This document shows, piece after piece, positions 38,351-48,566 of a stretch of 64,000 nucleotides of DNA. The DNA lies in assembly GCA_023144005.1 (NCBI GenBank), contig JAGLGN010000032.1:5606-69605 (forward strand), read 5' to 3'. Below the pieces are notes generated by a model. The model was not told the DNA's origin. It saw only the letters and a program-made list of their open reading frames with translations, and ran no database searches. The first letter of the stretch is position 1, and every line of letters starts with the position of its first letter. The translations under genes were made by a program, and so were the position numbers. Origin of the DNA: a bacterium. GTDB taxonomy: Bacteria > AUK180.

Positions 38351-38596
38351 CAATATTCTCGTACTGCCCCTTTATTTACATACTTATCACCCTTTCCACT
38401 TGACATTATGATATTTCTCCATGCATTTCATACAGCCTCGTACCACACTCAACATATATCTATTCGGCCCAGTATAATATGAATTACATGACCCGTAACA
38501 TAAGAATATTCATACTGTGCAACTTTTGCAACCACCGTCCCTATTTTTCCATAATTGACTTTTTCCATCTGATACTATAAACTTTTATGTGGGCAT

Positions 38597-41500
38597 ATGA
38601 AAAAAGACGAACAAAACATCGGCAAGAGCTTCTTAATAGATGATCTTCCATCTCCCTATATGTTGATCAAGAATGAAAAGGTTTCTTCTATGAATGAGAT
38701 CGCCCATTCGCTCACGGGATATGCATCTACCACAGAACCGGTGCCCCTTTCTGAAATATTCGAAGAGGCGGACCTCGCCATTCTACTTAATAAAATAAAC
38801 TCAATAGAGCCCAAGGACTTCAGGAGAATGGACGCGATACTGCTGACAAAAGGGAAAAAGAGGATACATGTCGAATTATTTCTCTCAAGGCCTCACAAGG
38901 AGAAAGCCATCCTATGCTGCCTGAATCCTGTTGAGAAAAGGTATGATTTTCAGAACAAGCTCTTTGAGAGGGAGAGGCAATTCGCCTCATTGCTGAAAAA
39001 TCTTCCGGGGATCGCCTATCGGTGTAAGATCGATGAATACTGGACAATGGAGTTTCTTTCAGAAGGCTGCTATGAAGTTACAGGATACACTCCTGAACAG
39101 CTTATTGAAAATAACGAGCTCGCGTACGCTGATCTGATCAGCGAAGAAGACAAGGAATATGTGAGTAGAACAGTGCTTTCTTCCGTAGAGAAAAGAGAGA
39201 TGTTCACCCTGGTTTATAGAATAAAGACCGCTAAGGACGAGATTAAATGGGTTTGGGAAAAAGGTCAATCATTTGAAAATGAAAAGGGCGAAAAAAGACT
39301 GGAAGGGTTTATTTCAGATATTACCGACCGGATAAAATACGAAAAGGAATTTCAAGAGAGCCGTACCCTCTACGAGCAACTTGTTGAGACATCTCCCGAT
39401 GCCATCATCCTCCTGCATCCCGAGGGAATAATAAAGATGTCCAATTCCAAGACAGCGGAGCTTTTCGGATATGCGGATCCAAACGCTTTTGTAGGGAAGT
39501 CGATCTACGATTATGTTTACCCCGAATACAAATTCCCTTTGGAAAAGTGTATTTCCAGCACAATGATCACAAATGAGCCAGCCGAGAAGGAACTCATCTT
39601 TAAAAAGGGAAATGATGTGATTTTCTGGGGAGATGTCAGAGCATCCGTGATCCGGGATAATCACGGAAATGTTCAAATGATAACCCTTATCATTAGGGAC
39701 ACTACCGAGCGGAATATCACGGATGAGAATCTGAGAAAGAGCCGCGAGAAATACAAAGCGGTCCTTGCCGCTGTTCCCGATCTTATCTTCCTGATGGACA
39801 ATGAAGGTACGTTTCTCGATTACAAAGCGGAGATCGGGCAGGATCTGATACAAAAACCCGATTATTTCATTCATCGCAATGTCTATGAGGTCGTTCCTAA
39901 ATATATTGCCGATCTGACACTGGCACACATCAAAAAAGCGGTGAAAACCAATAAGATGCAGAAGTATGAGTATATGCTTATAAACGCCAATGGGCAGAGA
40001 GAGGATTTTGAATCCAGAGTTGTCCCTGCGGGCAGAGGTGAATGCCTCGCTATTGTCCGAAATATCACCGAAAGAAAAAGGGCTGAGAGAGAGTTGATCT
40101 CTGAAAAAGAAAGATTGGACATTACCTTGAGTTCGATCGGTGATGGAGTGATCTCAACCGACACCAAAGGCAATATTACTCTTATCAACAAGGTAGCGGA
40201 AAAAGTATTGAAAGTGCGGAAAACCGATGTTATGGGACATCCTATCACGAAGTACTTCAAATTACTGCGGTCGCGCGATAAAAAGCCTCTTTCACCGCCG
40301 CCTTTCAAGGCGGTCCTTGTAGACAAAAAAGCGATCGATTACACCGAAAATATCCTACTTTCCTTCACGGATGCTGAACCCATACAGATCGGTTTTTCAC
40401 TCTCGCCCGTTAAGGCAACAGACGGCACATTGATCGGCTCCGTTCTGGCTTTCCGCGATATTACCGATATCCTTCAGATGCAGAATGAAATGGTCAAATC
40501 ACAGCGTTTAGAATCCTTGGGAGTCCTCGCGGGAGGTATCGCGCATGATTTCAAGAATATCCTTACCGTAATATCCGGAAATATACAATTGGCAGAGATG
40601 TTCTACGATAAAAAGGAACAGACCCTGGAAATATTGAGAGAGGCCTATGATGCCTCGGACAAAGCGGTCGAGCTCACTCAGCAGTTCCTCACCTTTTCCA
40701 AGGGCGGCGCACCCGTCAAAAAGGCGGCTTCTCTCTTCGAATTACTGGAAGAATCCATCACCTTCACTTCAAGGGGTTCGAGCATCACACCCAAGATAAA
40801 AGCCGTGGATGGACTATGGAATGCCGAGGTAGATTCCGGGCAGATCAGTCAGGTGGTAAATAACCTGGTTCTCAACGCCATTCAGGCGATGGGCGATAAT
40901 GGTAAATTGACAGTAAGCGCATCCAATGTCAAGTTTAAAAAGGGAGAGCATCACACCCTGCCCGCAGGCAATTATATTAAGATCGATTTTGAAGACAACG
41001 GCCCCGGGATCCCCGAAAAGACATTGGCCAAGATTTGGGACCCGTATTTTACAACAAAGGACGCGGGTAATGGCCTGGGACTTTCATCATGCTACTCAAT
41101 CATCTCAAAGCATGAAGGACATATTTCAGTAACTTCTAAAGTCGGGAAGGGAACCACCTTTACGATTCTGCTGCCGGCACTTGGGAAATCAGGAAAGATC
41201 AAAAGCATGCGTTCCGCAGAGGAATTGAAAAGAGGCAGCGGAAGGATACTTCTGATGGATGATGAAGAAGGGATCAGAGATCTTACTAAACGAATGTTGG
41301 CAGGATTGGGGTATTTCGTCACCGCTGTTTCTGACGGCGACAATTTATTAAAAGAATACAACAAGTCGGTAAAGCAGAAAAAACCTTTTGACCTTTATAT
41401 AATGGACCTTATTATTGCCGGGGGAATGGGCGGCAAGCAAACTATGAAGAAGTTACTGGTAAAAGACCCAAAGGCGAAAGTCATTGTAGTAAGCGCATTT

Positions 41501-41614
41501 TCAAGAGACGATTCAATTACCAATCATAAGGCACTCGGATTTGCGGGAAGCCTCAAAAAGCCATTCAAACTCGAGGAGATGGCGGAGCTCGTTTTCCAAA
41601 TTATCAATTCATAG
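38597..41614 (+). CDS. Multi-PAS hybrid sensor histidine kinase with C-terminal receiver domain
   Basis: 1005 aa. At least four PAS/PAC modules, HisKA H-box (IAHDFKNILTVISGN), HATPase_c (DNGPGIPE...GLGLS), and a REC domain with conserved Asp (DLYIMDLIIAG). Confidence 0.85.
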   Translation: MKKDEQNIGKSFLIDDLPSPYMLIKNEKVSSMNEIAHSLTGYASTTEPVPLSEIFEEADLAILLNKINSIEPKDFRRMDAILLTKGKKRIHVELFLSRPHKEKAILCCLNPVEKRYDFQNKLFERERQFASLLKNLPGIAYRCKIDEYWTMEFLSEGCYEVTGYTPEQLIENNELAYADLISEEDKEYVSRTVLSSVEKREMFTLVYRIKTAKDEIKWVWEKGQSFENEKGEKRLEGFISDITDRIKYEKEFQESRTLYEQLVETSPDAIILLHPEGIIKMSNSKTAELFGYADPNAFVGKSIYDYVYPEYKFPLEKCISSTMITNEPAEKELIFKKGNDVIFWGDVRASVIRDNHGNVQMITLIIRDTTERNITDENLRKSREKYKAVLAAVPDLIFLMDNEGTFLDYKAEIGQDLIQKPDYFIHRNVYEVVPKYIADLTLAHIKKAVKTNKMQKYEYMLINANGQREDFESRVVPAGRGECLAIVRNITERKRAERELISEKERLDITLSSIGDGVISTDTKGNITLINKVAEKVLKVRKTDVMGHPITKYFKLLRSRDKKPLSPPPFKAVLVDKKAIDYTENILLSFTDAEPIQIGFSLSPVKATDGTLIGSVLAFRDITDILQMQNEMVKSQRLESLGVLAGGIAHDFKNILTVISGNIQLAEMFYDKKEQTLEILREAYDASDKAVELTQQFLTFSKGGAPVKKAASLFELLEESITFTSRGSSITPKIKAVDGLWNAEVDSGQISQVVNNLVLNAIQAMGDNGKLTVSASNVKFKKGEHHTLPAGNYIKIDFEDNGPGIPEKTLAKIWDPYFTTKDAGNGLGLSSCYSIISKHEGHISVTSKVGKGTTFTILLPALGKSGKIKSMRSAEELKRGSGRILLMDDEEGIRDLTKRMLAGLGYFVTAVSDGDNLLKEYNKSVKQKKPFDLYIMDLIIAGGMGGKQTMKKLLVKDPKAKVIVVSAFSRDDSITNHKALGFAGSLKKPFKLEEMAELVFQIINS

Positions 41615-41650
41615 ATTTTGAGAATTCCATGTTTTCTGTTAAAATTAAGG

Positions 41651-42232
41651 ATGAAAGAAAAGCATAAAAAGAGACTTAGAACTTACACATATATTGCCAT
41701 ATTAATATCATTTATTGTTCTGTGGATCTTCTTCAGGGAGGAAGCCATTCTATACGGCCTTTCATGCATATTTTTCTTTTCTCTGATCTTCGAAAAGGAC
41801 AAATTATGGGCATGGATACCCGCATTCATAATATCATGGGTATGGGTATACCTCGCCAGAGAAATGTATATGGGATACTCCGGGTTCAAATACAATATAT
41901 ACGGGGTTTCTCTCTTCCCTATTCTGGCCTGGCCCACACTTCTCATGCTGGGATACTTCGTTCTTTTCTCTGCTGTCAAGGCCAAGAATCAACTCTTCAG
42001 ATGGCTCAAGATGTGTATTGTCTGGGCTGTGGGACTTATAATAATCGAAAGTGTGGGTTACAATCTCCTCGGGGTTCATCTGTCTCAAGGAACTCAATAC
42101 GCGGGGTGGCCTATATTGAATTGTTTCCATTCTCCCGCCTGGATGCAAGTATCATATTTCAGTGTCGGTTTTTTCTTTTATGGAAGCATTGCATATTTTG
42201 AAAAACGGCTCAGGGACAAATCAGTGTCCTGA
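41651..42232 (+). CDS. Hypothetical polytopic membrane protein
   Basis: About 5 TM helices. Start at the internal ATG 41651 is preferred over the TTG at 41618. No family recognised. Confidence 0.4.
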   Translation: MKEKHKKRLRTYTYIAILISFIVLWIFFREEAILYGLSCIFFFSLIFEKDKLWAWIPAFIISWVWVYLAREMYMGYSGFKYNIYGVSLFPILAWPTLLMLGYFVLFSAVKAKNQLFRWLKMCIVWAVGLIIIESVGYNLLGVHLSQGTQYAGWPILNCFHSPAWMQVSYFSVGFFFYGSIAYFEKRLRDKSVS

Positions 42233-42368
42233 TTCATAAATACAATGACAATGGCTGATGCTATTTTTTCAGCATGAGAGGAGCAAGGGACTCCACACTC
42301 AATGTTCGTTGAAATTGACTCAAAGCCCGGCACTACACTGCTACCATCTTTATGAATCAGGACACTAC

Positions 42369-43445
42369 TCAGAAAGAAGAGGTATAAATTCCGACTCCCA
42401 TATTCCTGTAATATTGTGCACCCCGCTTCATCGCTATTCGAAATGTTTTACCCCAAGATAGCGGGATCCTCTGTGTAACGATAACGATATCACCCTTTTT
42501 TACTGAGAAATACGCATCCGTAAAGAGCATATCCTGGCAAACAAATAGGTGATACTTGCGCTCATCCATGTAGAACTGCCTTGCCATTTTTTCCTTTGGA
42601 GAATCCTCCACAAATATTATGGGGTGATGTTTATTGGTATAAATGGCGGATTCTTCGGTCATAAGAGCGGCATGAGATTCCTTGCCTACATTATAGCCAT
42701 ATGCCAAAAATTTGTTATTATCCCAGAAACGATTCAGGTTATTTATCATGAATTGCTGCAACGGCCTCATATCCCTTGGGAAAAAATACTCATTCAAGAT
42801 AATTCCATCATGCTTTTTCATAGAATTCAGCAGAGGTAATATTTCACCGTGCAGGATTTCCGGCGACGCGGTTTTCAAGAACGGATATCCGTAATTGATC
42901 ATCTTCTGCGGGATAAAAAGAAAGAATGAGACCAAGATCAACATGGGTACATATCCCCTTCTGAATGAAGTGAATGAAAGAAAAACAGACAGGATCAAAG
43001 AAGCCCAGATCGGATTAAGTGAAACTCCTCTCGGAAAGAGTTCAACCATCGGAAAAGTAATATTGAAAGCTGGAAAATAGCCTGTGAACTCAAGGATGTA
43101 CTGTACCACCGGGATGCCTATGATAAAGATAATAAGATAGATCCAGCGGCCCCGCATTAATAGAAGAAATGGTATCAGATACAATATAAGAGCGGCGAAA
43201 AAGGGAATGAAATAGTAAATACCGAGAACCAGAATTCCTTGAAATGTTATCCCTAGAATGGTGAAGAAGATGAAAAGCACCATATGAAGTTGTCGTAGCC
43301 GCCTCACAAAATAAAGAGCTATCGTGAAAAATAAGAGATACAGGATTCCGTCAAAATGAAATAAAAATCCAGCGGCAGCCCCTGAAAGAGCTGCCGCGAT
43401 AAATGTCAGTAAATTCTTAAAGCGCGGGTCAACGCTTACCGTCAT
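42369..43445 (-). CDS. Membrane protein with an N-terminal multi-TM region and a C-terminal soluble domain (possible CN-hydrolase/Lnt-like)
   Basis: 358 aa. Six or seven N-terminal TM helices. C-terminal roughly 190 aa with weak resemblance to the C-terminal half of apolipoprotein N-acyltransferase. Overlaps the SPFH gene by 17 nt. Confidence 0.3.
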   Translation of the reverse strand: MTVSVDPRFKNLLTFIAAALSGAAAGFLFHFDGILYLLFFTIALYFVRRLRQLHMVLFIFFTILGITFQGILVLGIYYFIPFFAALILYLIPFLLLMRGRWIYLIIFIIGIPVVQYILEFTGYFPAFNITFPMVELFPRGVSLNPIWASLILSVFLSFTSFRRGYVPMLILVSFFLFIPQKMINYGYPFLKTASPEILHGEILPLLNSMKKHDGIILNEYFFPRDMRPLQQFMINNLNRFWDNNKFLAYGYNVGKESHAALMTEESAIYTNKHHPIIFVEDSPKEKMARQFYMDERKYHLFVCQDMLFTDAYFSVKKGDIVIVTQRIPLSWGKTFRIAMKRGAQYYRNMGVGIYTSSF

Positions 43446-44382
43446 TGATCAGGCCTTCAAGATTCATGATCGTGGTCTGATCGGCAACTATGACCTTAAT
43501 ATTGCCTGACAATTTATTCACATAAAGCCAGTTTGAATATCCGGGATTTGCCTTGATAGCCTTTCCGATAGCGCGGATCTTTGCGACCTCGCCTCCGGCT
43601 TCTATCTCTTTTCTTTTAGCTTCCAGTTTCTCCTTTTCATTGATATACACCATCTTTTGAGCCTGCTGTTCCGCTATTTGCTTTTCTTCGATCGCTTTTT
43701 CGAATAGTTTCGGAAATGCGATATCTCTTAAAAGAAGCTTCTCGACGATAAAGCCACGCTGAGCAAGCTCTTGTTTCAGATCTTCAAAAAGAAAATTTTG
43801 GACCTCGGCTCTCTTTTCAGAGTAAAGTTGCATAACCTTGTATTGAGCAACTGTATTGCGGATAAGAGAACGGATAGCGGGACGGATTATCTTACTCTCA
43901 TAATGTTTTCCGATCGTTGTATGCATTTCCGCCAATGTTTCCGGGTTGATACGATACCAGACAGAAAGATCAACTCCGACCTGCAGTCCCTCTTTTGTAG
44001 GCGACCATACGGAATCATCCCCATGCATCCTTCCTTCGCCTTTTGCAATCGACATAGTGTAATCCTGTATTCGCACATCATATTTGTCCAGTTTATAAAT
44101 GAACGGAAATATTATGTGAAAGCCCTGCTCCATCGTGGAAATACTTCCCTTGACAGAGAAGCGGTTGAACTTCACGACCTGGTCTCCCGGATGAACGATC
44201 ACGATACCCTGTGAGACAAGAATAAGCAAAATGACCAGAATAAATGCGATCAGGCCCCAACCTGATTTAAATTTCTGAGAGAGTCGCTTGCCCTCTTTGT
44301 CGAACCAGACCTTCTTCGGTAAGGCAAGATTTAATGCAATGATAATAATGACAACAAAAATGATAAAGATGATCAAACCCAT
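43429..44382 (-). CDS. SPFH/band-7 (prohibitin/stomatin-like) membrane protein
   Basis: 317 aa. N-terminal TM, SPFH domain, and a C-terminal coiled coil (EEKQIAEQQAQKMVYINEKEKLEAKRKEIEA). Confidence 0.8.
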   Translation of the reverse strand: MGLIIFIIFVVIIIIALNLALPKKVWFDKEGKRLSQKFKSGWGLIAFILVILLILVSQGIVIVHPGDQVVKFNRFSVKGSISTMEQGFHIIFPFIYKLDKYDVRIQDYTMSIAKGEGRMHGDDSVWSPTKEGLQVGVDLSVWYRINPETLAEMHTTIGKHYESKIIRPAIRSLIRNTVAQYKVMQLYSEKRAEVQNFLFEDLKQELAQRGFIVEKLLLRDIAFPKLFEKAIEEKQIAEQQAQKMVYINEKEKLEAKRKEIEAGGEVAKIRAIGKAIKANPGYSNWLYVNKLSGNIKVIVADQTTIMNLEGLINDGKR

Positions 44383-44523
44383 CTTATTCCTCCTTTTTCA
44401 TCAGCTCAAAAAGCAATGAATTTTCTTCGTTATATCCGTTCACGCCAAGATATACTGCTGAATATCCCTCTCGGGAATATGCATCTATCTCGGTGTACAC
44501 TAATGTATTGTTCAATGTACGGT

Positions 44524-46347
44524 TCAATTCTCCTCCATTTTCAACATATTCAAGAGCTTCAGCTGCAAATTGGATTTTGCCGTCTCGCCATGTTCCGAAT
44601 ATATCTCCGCAAGCAAAGCTCTGAGTTCTATTTCCAAATACACAAAACGGTCCTGTTGTGAAATTGCCGCTGCATCCTCAACAAATCTGATCGCAGTATG
44701 AAGGTCTTTTTTCCTGTAAAGCTGGCCCATAAGGTGATAGTATTCTATCAGGCATCGTGGATCTTTCAGAGTTTTTGGATCCACCTGATCTAATTTTTTC
44801 TCCATCTTCTCCATATTGCCTTCCTGAAGGTCGATCGTAGCAAGCGCCAATATGATCTCAGAGGTAGGATCAAACTGTTTCTTAAGATCAGAAATAATAG
44901 GTCTTGCCTTTCTCAATTTTCCCCAACGGATAAAATTCTTCGCCCTTTCCAGATTTACCAGATATATCCCTCTTTTTATCTCTAAATTGCGAGATGTTCT
45001 CAAATTCATAAGGAAGTTCTGCTCGGCAGCCTCATAGCGCCCCATCACGCTGAGAAGTTTTCCTTTGCCGCCGTGAGATATGGACAAGCCATAGGAATCG
45101 TCCAGATCATGTTTCAGGTCAAGAGAAAGATCATAATATTTCAAGGCCTTATTAAAACCGCCAAGATCGAATTGTATCCTGGCTTGAACATCATACATCT
45201 TGGCTAAGTTCAGAGAGATCTCCTCATAGAGCTGGTAATTCTCATCCAGAAGCTCAAAGTACTTTAAGCCGATGGAGTAATTCTTATCATGCACCAGCAT
45301 CAATGTGCCTGACAATTCCTTGTATATCTCTTCACAATAGGCCATCTCAACCAATGCCGCCTCTTTCTTATTCAGCTTCCAATAGCTCATCGCCAGATGC
45401 CTCAATGCGCGGGCGTGCTCCAGAGGAGATATATGCCGATTCGACAGGATCATCTCCGAAATATTGATCACCTCATCAAATTCCTTCTTATAATAGTGGT
45501 AGAGCGCGTTTTCATTCAAGAATTTATCATTGATGGCGATCCCGTACTCGCTGGATAACTGCTCCAGTTTCCGTATCGTCAAAAGGGACTGGTCTAATTG
45601 CTTCATCTTATTGTGGATCTCGAGCATTTTCAATTCAATTGAATACTTTCTTTCGGGGTCTTTAAATTTTTTCTCCGCTCTTTTAAATAGCTTAACCGCC
45701 TCTCCCCAGGCATTGGTCTCGAATCCCCTGCTGAAATTCATCCCTTTTAAGAACTCTATTTCACCTTCTTTAAATAGAATTACGAAGGCATCAACAAGCT
45801 TAGGGTCGTACAATGTGCCTTTATGGGCGATCAGCTCTCTAACGGCATCTGAATCGCGCTTTCTGCGGCGATAGACCCTATTTGTGGTCATCGCGTCATA
45901 GGAATCACAAATGCCGATTATTCTCGATACTAAGGGAATATTTTCTCCGGTCAGACCGCCCGGATAACCGCTGCCGTCCCATCTCTCATGATGATGCTTG
46001 ACAATGATATTGACTTCCTGTAGAAGGGGGTGTTTTGAAAGGATGTGCTGCGCATAGATAACATGTTTTTCCATTTCTAATGTCTCTTCTCTGCTTAAAA
46101 TCCCTTTTTTCTTCAATACATGCTCCGAGATCTTTGCCTTACCGACATCGTGAAGCTGAGAAGCAAGATATACGGTGGATATTTCATTTTTAGAAAGGCC
46201 GATGTACTCGGCTACTTTAACCGCATAGAGTCTTACGCGGTCTGAATGTCCGGAGGTATATTTATCTTTCGCGTCAATGGATTCTGTCAGATATTTGACC
46301 GCTAGAACGAAAAGGTCCTGAACATTGAAGTTTAAAATATTCCCCAT
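44524..46347 (-). CDS. HD-GYP domain c-di-GMP phosphodiesterase with C-terminal TPR-like repeats
   Basis: 607 aa. N-terminal HD motif HDVGK and the HHERWDGSGYPGGL HD-GYP signature, followed by long TPR-like helical repeats. Confidence 0.8.
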   Translation of the reverse strand: MGNILNFNVQDLFVLAVKYLTESIDAKDKYTSGHSDRVRLYAVKVAEYIGLSKNEISTVYLASQLHDVGKAKISEHVLKKKGILSREETLEMEKHVIYAQHILSKHPLLQEVNIIVKHHHERWDGSGYPGGLTGENIPLVSRIIGICDSYDAMTTNRVYRRRKRDSDAVRELIAHKGTLYDPKLVDAFVILFKEGEIEFLKGMNFSRGFETNAWGEAVKLFKRAEKKFKDPERKYSIELKMLEIHNKMKQLDQSLLTIRKLEQLSSEYGIAINDKFLNENALYHYYKKEFDEVINISEMILSNRHISPLEHARALRHLAMSYWKLNKKEAALVEMAYCEEIYKELSGTLMLVHDKNYSIGLKYFELLDENYQLYEEISLNLAKMYDVQARIQFDLGGFNKALKYYDLSLDLKHDLDDSYGLSISHGGKGKLLSVMGRYEAAEQNFLMNLRTSRNLEIKRGIYLVNLERAKNFIRWGKLRKARPIISDLKKQFDPTSEIILALATIDLQEGNMEKMEKKLDQVDPKTLKDPRCLIEYYHLMGQLYRKKDLHTAIRFVEDAAAISQQDRFVYLEIELRALLAEIYSEHGETAKSNLQLKLLNMLKMEEN

Positions 46348-46390
46348 GACTAGATTATAATATAATTAGGTGTTAATTTCAACACAGAAA

Positions 46391-46466
<76 letters not shown>

Positions 46467-46475
46467 ATCCCATTT

Positions 46476-46991
46476 TTAGTATTCTATTATAGTGAATATC
46501 TCCAGATTGTCAAGTTTTTTCCGGGCTTCCAGGAATTTTAATTCCACTAAGAACAAAGCCCCGACCACACTTGCACCATTTTTTTCGATCATTTTCTTCA
46601 CAGCACCTACGGTTCCGCCTGTAGCAAGAAGATCGTCTATGATCAAGAATCGATCACCTTTATTTATGGCATCTTTGTGCATCTCCAATGTGTCTTCCCC
46701 GTATTCAAGGGAATAACTCTCAGAAATGGTCTCAGCGGGGAGCTTCCCTTTCTTTCTCACGGGAATAAAGGGTTTGTCCAAAAGATACGACAGTGCGCCG
46801 CCAAAGATAAATCCCCTGGATTCGATCGAAGCCAATTTATCATACTCAACATTTGCCAGAACATCTTTCATGGCATCAATTGCCTTTTTAAAACCCGCAG
46901 GATCCTTCAGCAGAGTAGTGATATCTTTGAATACTATACCCTTTTTCGGGAAATCCGGAACATCTCTGATCAAAGATGATAATTCTTCCAT
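46476..46991 (-). CDS. apt: Adenine phosphoribosyltransferase, possible independent translation product from the internal start
   Basis: 171 aa starting MEELSSLIRDVPDFPKKGIVF with its own strong SD. Canonical APRT PRPP-binding motif. Confidence 0.6.
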   Translation of the reverse strand: MEELSSLIRDVPDFPKKGIVFKDITTLLKDPAGFKKAIDAMKDVLANVEYDKLASIESRGFIFGGALSYLLDKPFIPVRKKGKLPAETISESYSLEYGEDTLEMHKDAINKGDRFLIIDDLLATGGTVGAVKKMIEKNGASVVGALFLVELKFLEARKKLDNLEIFTIIEY

Positions 46992-47819
46992 ATGCCTCTC
47001 CTTTTCAATATTTAAATTGCTTTGTATTATTCCTACACCCTTATTGATGATCTGTCTAACCCTTTCTTTCGAAAGGCTCATAATGGTCCCAACCTCATCA
47101 AGAGTTCGAAAGGCATGGCCATCCAGCCCAAAACGCAATGAAATGGCCTGCTTAACTTTCGGTTTTAAGGATGAGATCATCTTCGACACATATTCACTCT
47201 TATCCTTTCTGTCCTCTTCTTCGTAAAATGAGGCGCTGTCGCGGGAAAGCGTGAGATAATTAATGAAATCCTCGCTATCATTATCTATCTTGAATGACAT
47301 CGAATATTCATTTTGAACAATATTTAATTGATGCAGAAACTTCTCTTCTTCCATGTCAAATTGCTTTGCGATCTCTTTCGTTGTTGGTTTTCTCTCATGC
47401 TCGTGAAAGAACTCGTCGATATAATTCATAACTTTCACGCGAAAATCAAGAATATATATCGGGATCTTAACTATTCGCGCGTTCTTATCGATGAAATTGA
47501 TTATATACGCCTTGATCCAAAAATATGCGTATGTAGAAAATTTGAAATGCTTCTCAGGTTTAAAATGATCGATGGCTTTGAGCATGCCGGAAACTCCTTC
47601 AGAAAGGATATCCAATTTACTGATCCCCCGCAATCTGAAGTACTTCTTTGCGACCATTATTACAAGTCGTTGATTATGAAGGATGATTTTTTCTCTAAGA
47701 GCATGATCACCTGTCTTCTTGTACTCTACAAAATACTCATACTCTTCTTCGGAAGTGAACGGTTTGTAATCCTTCAATTCACGAAAATATATTTTTAAGA
47801 GCTTATCTTCAATATCCAT
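46476..47819 (-). CDS. Sigma-70-family sigma factor fused in frame to adenine phosphoribosyltransferase (APRT)
   Basis: 447 aa with no internal stop. Residues 1-276 carry sigma regions 2 and 4 (FSTYAYFWIKAYI, ARIVKIP, LSKERVRQII). Residues 277-447 are a complete APRT (LIRDVPDFPKKGIVFKDIT...LIIDDLLATGGT). An AAGGAGAGG RBS lies 5 nt before the internal ATG at 46991. Confidence 0.7.
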   Translation of the reverse strand: MDIEDKLLKIYFRELKDYKPFTSEEEYEYFVEYKKTGDHALREKIILHNQRLVIMVAKKYFRLRGISKLDILSEGVSGMLKAIDHFKPEKHFKFSTYAYFWIKAYIINFIDKNARIVKIPIYILDFRVKVMNYIDEFFHEHERKPTTKEIAKQFDMEEEKFLHQLNIVQNEYSMSFKIDNDSEDFINYLTLSRDSASFYEEEDRKDKSEYVSKMISSLKPKVKQAISLRFGLDGHAFRTLDEVGTIMSLSKERVRQIINKGVGIIQSNLNIEKERHMEELSSLIRDVPDFPKKGIVFKDITTLLKDPAGFKKAIDAMKDVLANVEYDKLASIESRGFIFGGALSYLLDKPFIPVRKKGKLPAETISESYSLEYGEDTLEMHKDAINKGDRFLIIDDLLATGGTVGAVKKMIEKNGASVVGALFLVELKFLEARKKLDNLEIFTIIEY

Positions 47820-47825
47820 ATTTTC

Positions 47826-48566
47826 TCATGGTAAGAACAGTAGAGGGTTCAGCGGAAGCTTCTTTTTTCTCACTTCGAAGTGAAGGATCTCGCCGCTCAC
47901 CTTAGCAACTACCTGTCCGGTAACGATCTTCTCACCCTTTTTCACTTTAACTTCCTCGCAGGGATAGTAGAAGACGTAATATTCGGCATCGACCTGAAAT
48001 CCGACCATTAAGCCAATACCCTTAAGGAAGTCCAAATATGTTACCACCCCGTTATTTACGGCTATGATCTCCTTTGTCCGGGGTTTGATATCTATTCCAT
48101 TATTATTCGTGAAGATCCCTAATTCTTCATTGTATATCCTGCCGAATTTCCGGATCACGCTTTTTCTGTCAACATTATGTAAAGGCCATGACCTCAAGAA
48201 AGAGTCTCCCCCGTTGGAAAGCTTTGCGCCGGGCAAGGGCTTCTCGGCAGTTGAAAATGACCCGGCGCCTGGAATACGCAAGACCTGCCCCACTGATATT
48301 TTCGTGGCATCTTCAATAGAATTGAACTCCGCGATATCCTCTATGGGCACCTTGAAATTCTTACTGATACGGTAGAGGGTCTCCCCTTTTCTCACCTTGT
48401 GAACCGCATAGTTCTTGTCTGGAATCACAATCTTCTCAATTTCCTCTCTGGCTTCTTTTTTTGCCGCCAGAATTGTTGTCTTATTATTTTCAGTGACCAT
48501 TGATCTTCCGATCAGGGAACATGAAGAAAAGACAAGGGGAATAAATAGAAGCGCAGCTAAATTCAC
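47826..48566 (-). CDS. LysM-domain M23-family peptidoglycan peptidase
   Basis: 246 aa. Signal peptide, LysM (YRISKNFKVPIEDIAEFNSI...GQVLRIP), C-terminal M23/LytM-like domain. Confidence 0.8.
   Translation of the reverse strand: MNLAALLFIPLVFSSCSLIGRSMVTENNKTTILAAKKEAREEIEKIVIPDKNYAVHKVRKGETLYRISKNFKVPIEDIAEFNSIEDATKISVGQVLRIPGAGSFSTAEKPLPGAKLSNGGDSFLRSWPLHNVDRKSVIRKFGRIYNEELGIFTNNNGIDIKPRTKEIIAVNNGVVTYLDFLKGIGLMVGFQVDAEYYVFYYPCEEVKVKKGEKIVTGQVVAKVSGEILHFEVRKKKLPLNPLLFLP

Noticed and set aside
41618-41650. TTG start at 41618 for the membrane protein ORF as given in the track
   Set aside because: It begins only 4 nt after the kinase stop with no SD. The ATG at 41651 is preferred, though neither has a strong RBS.
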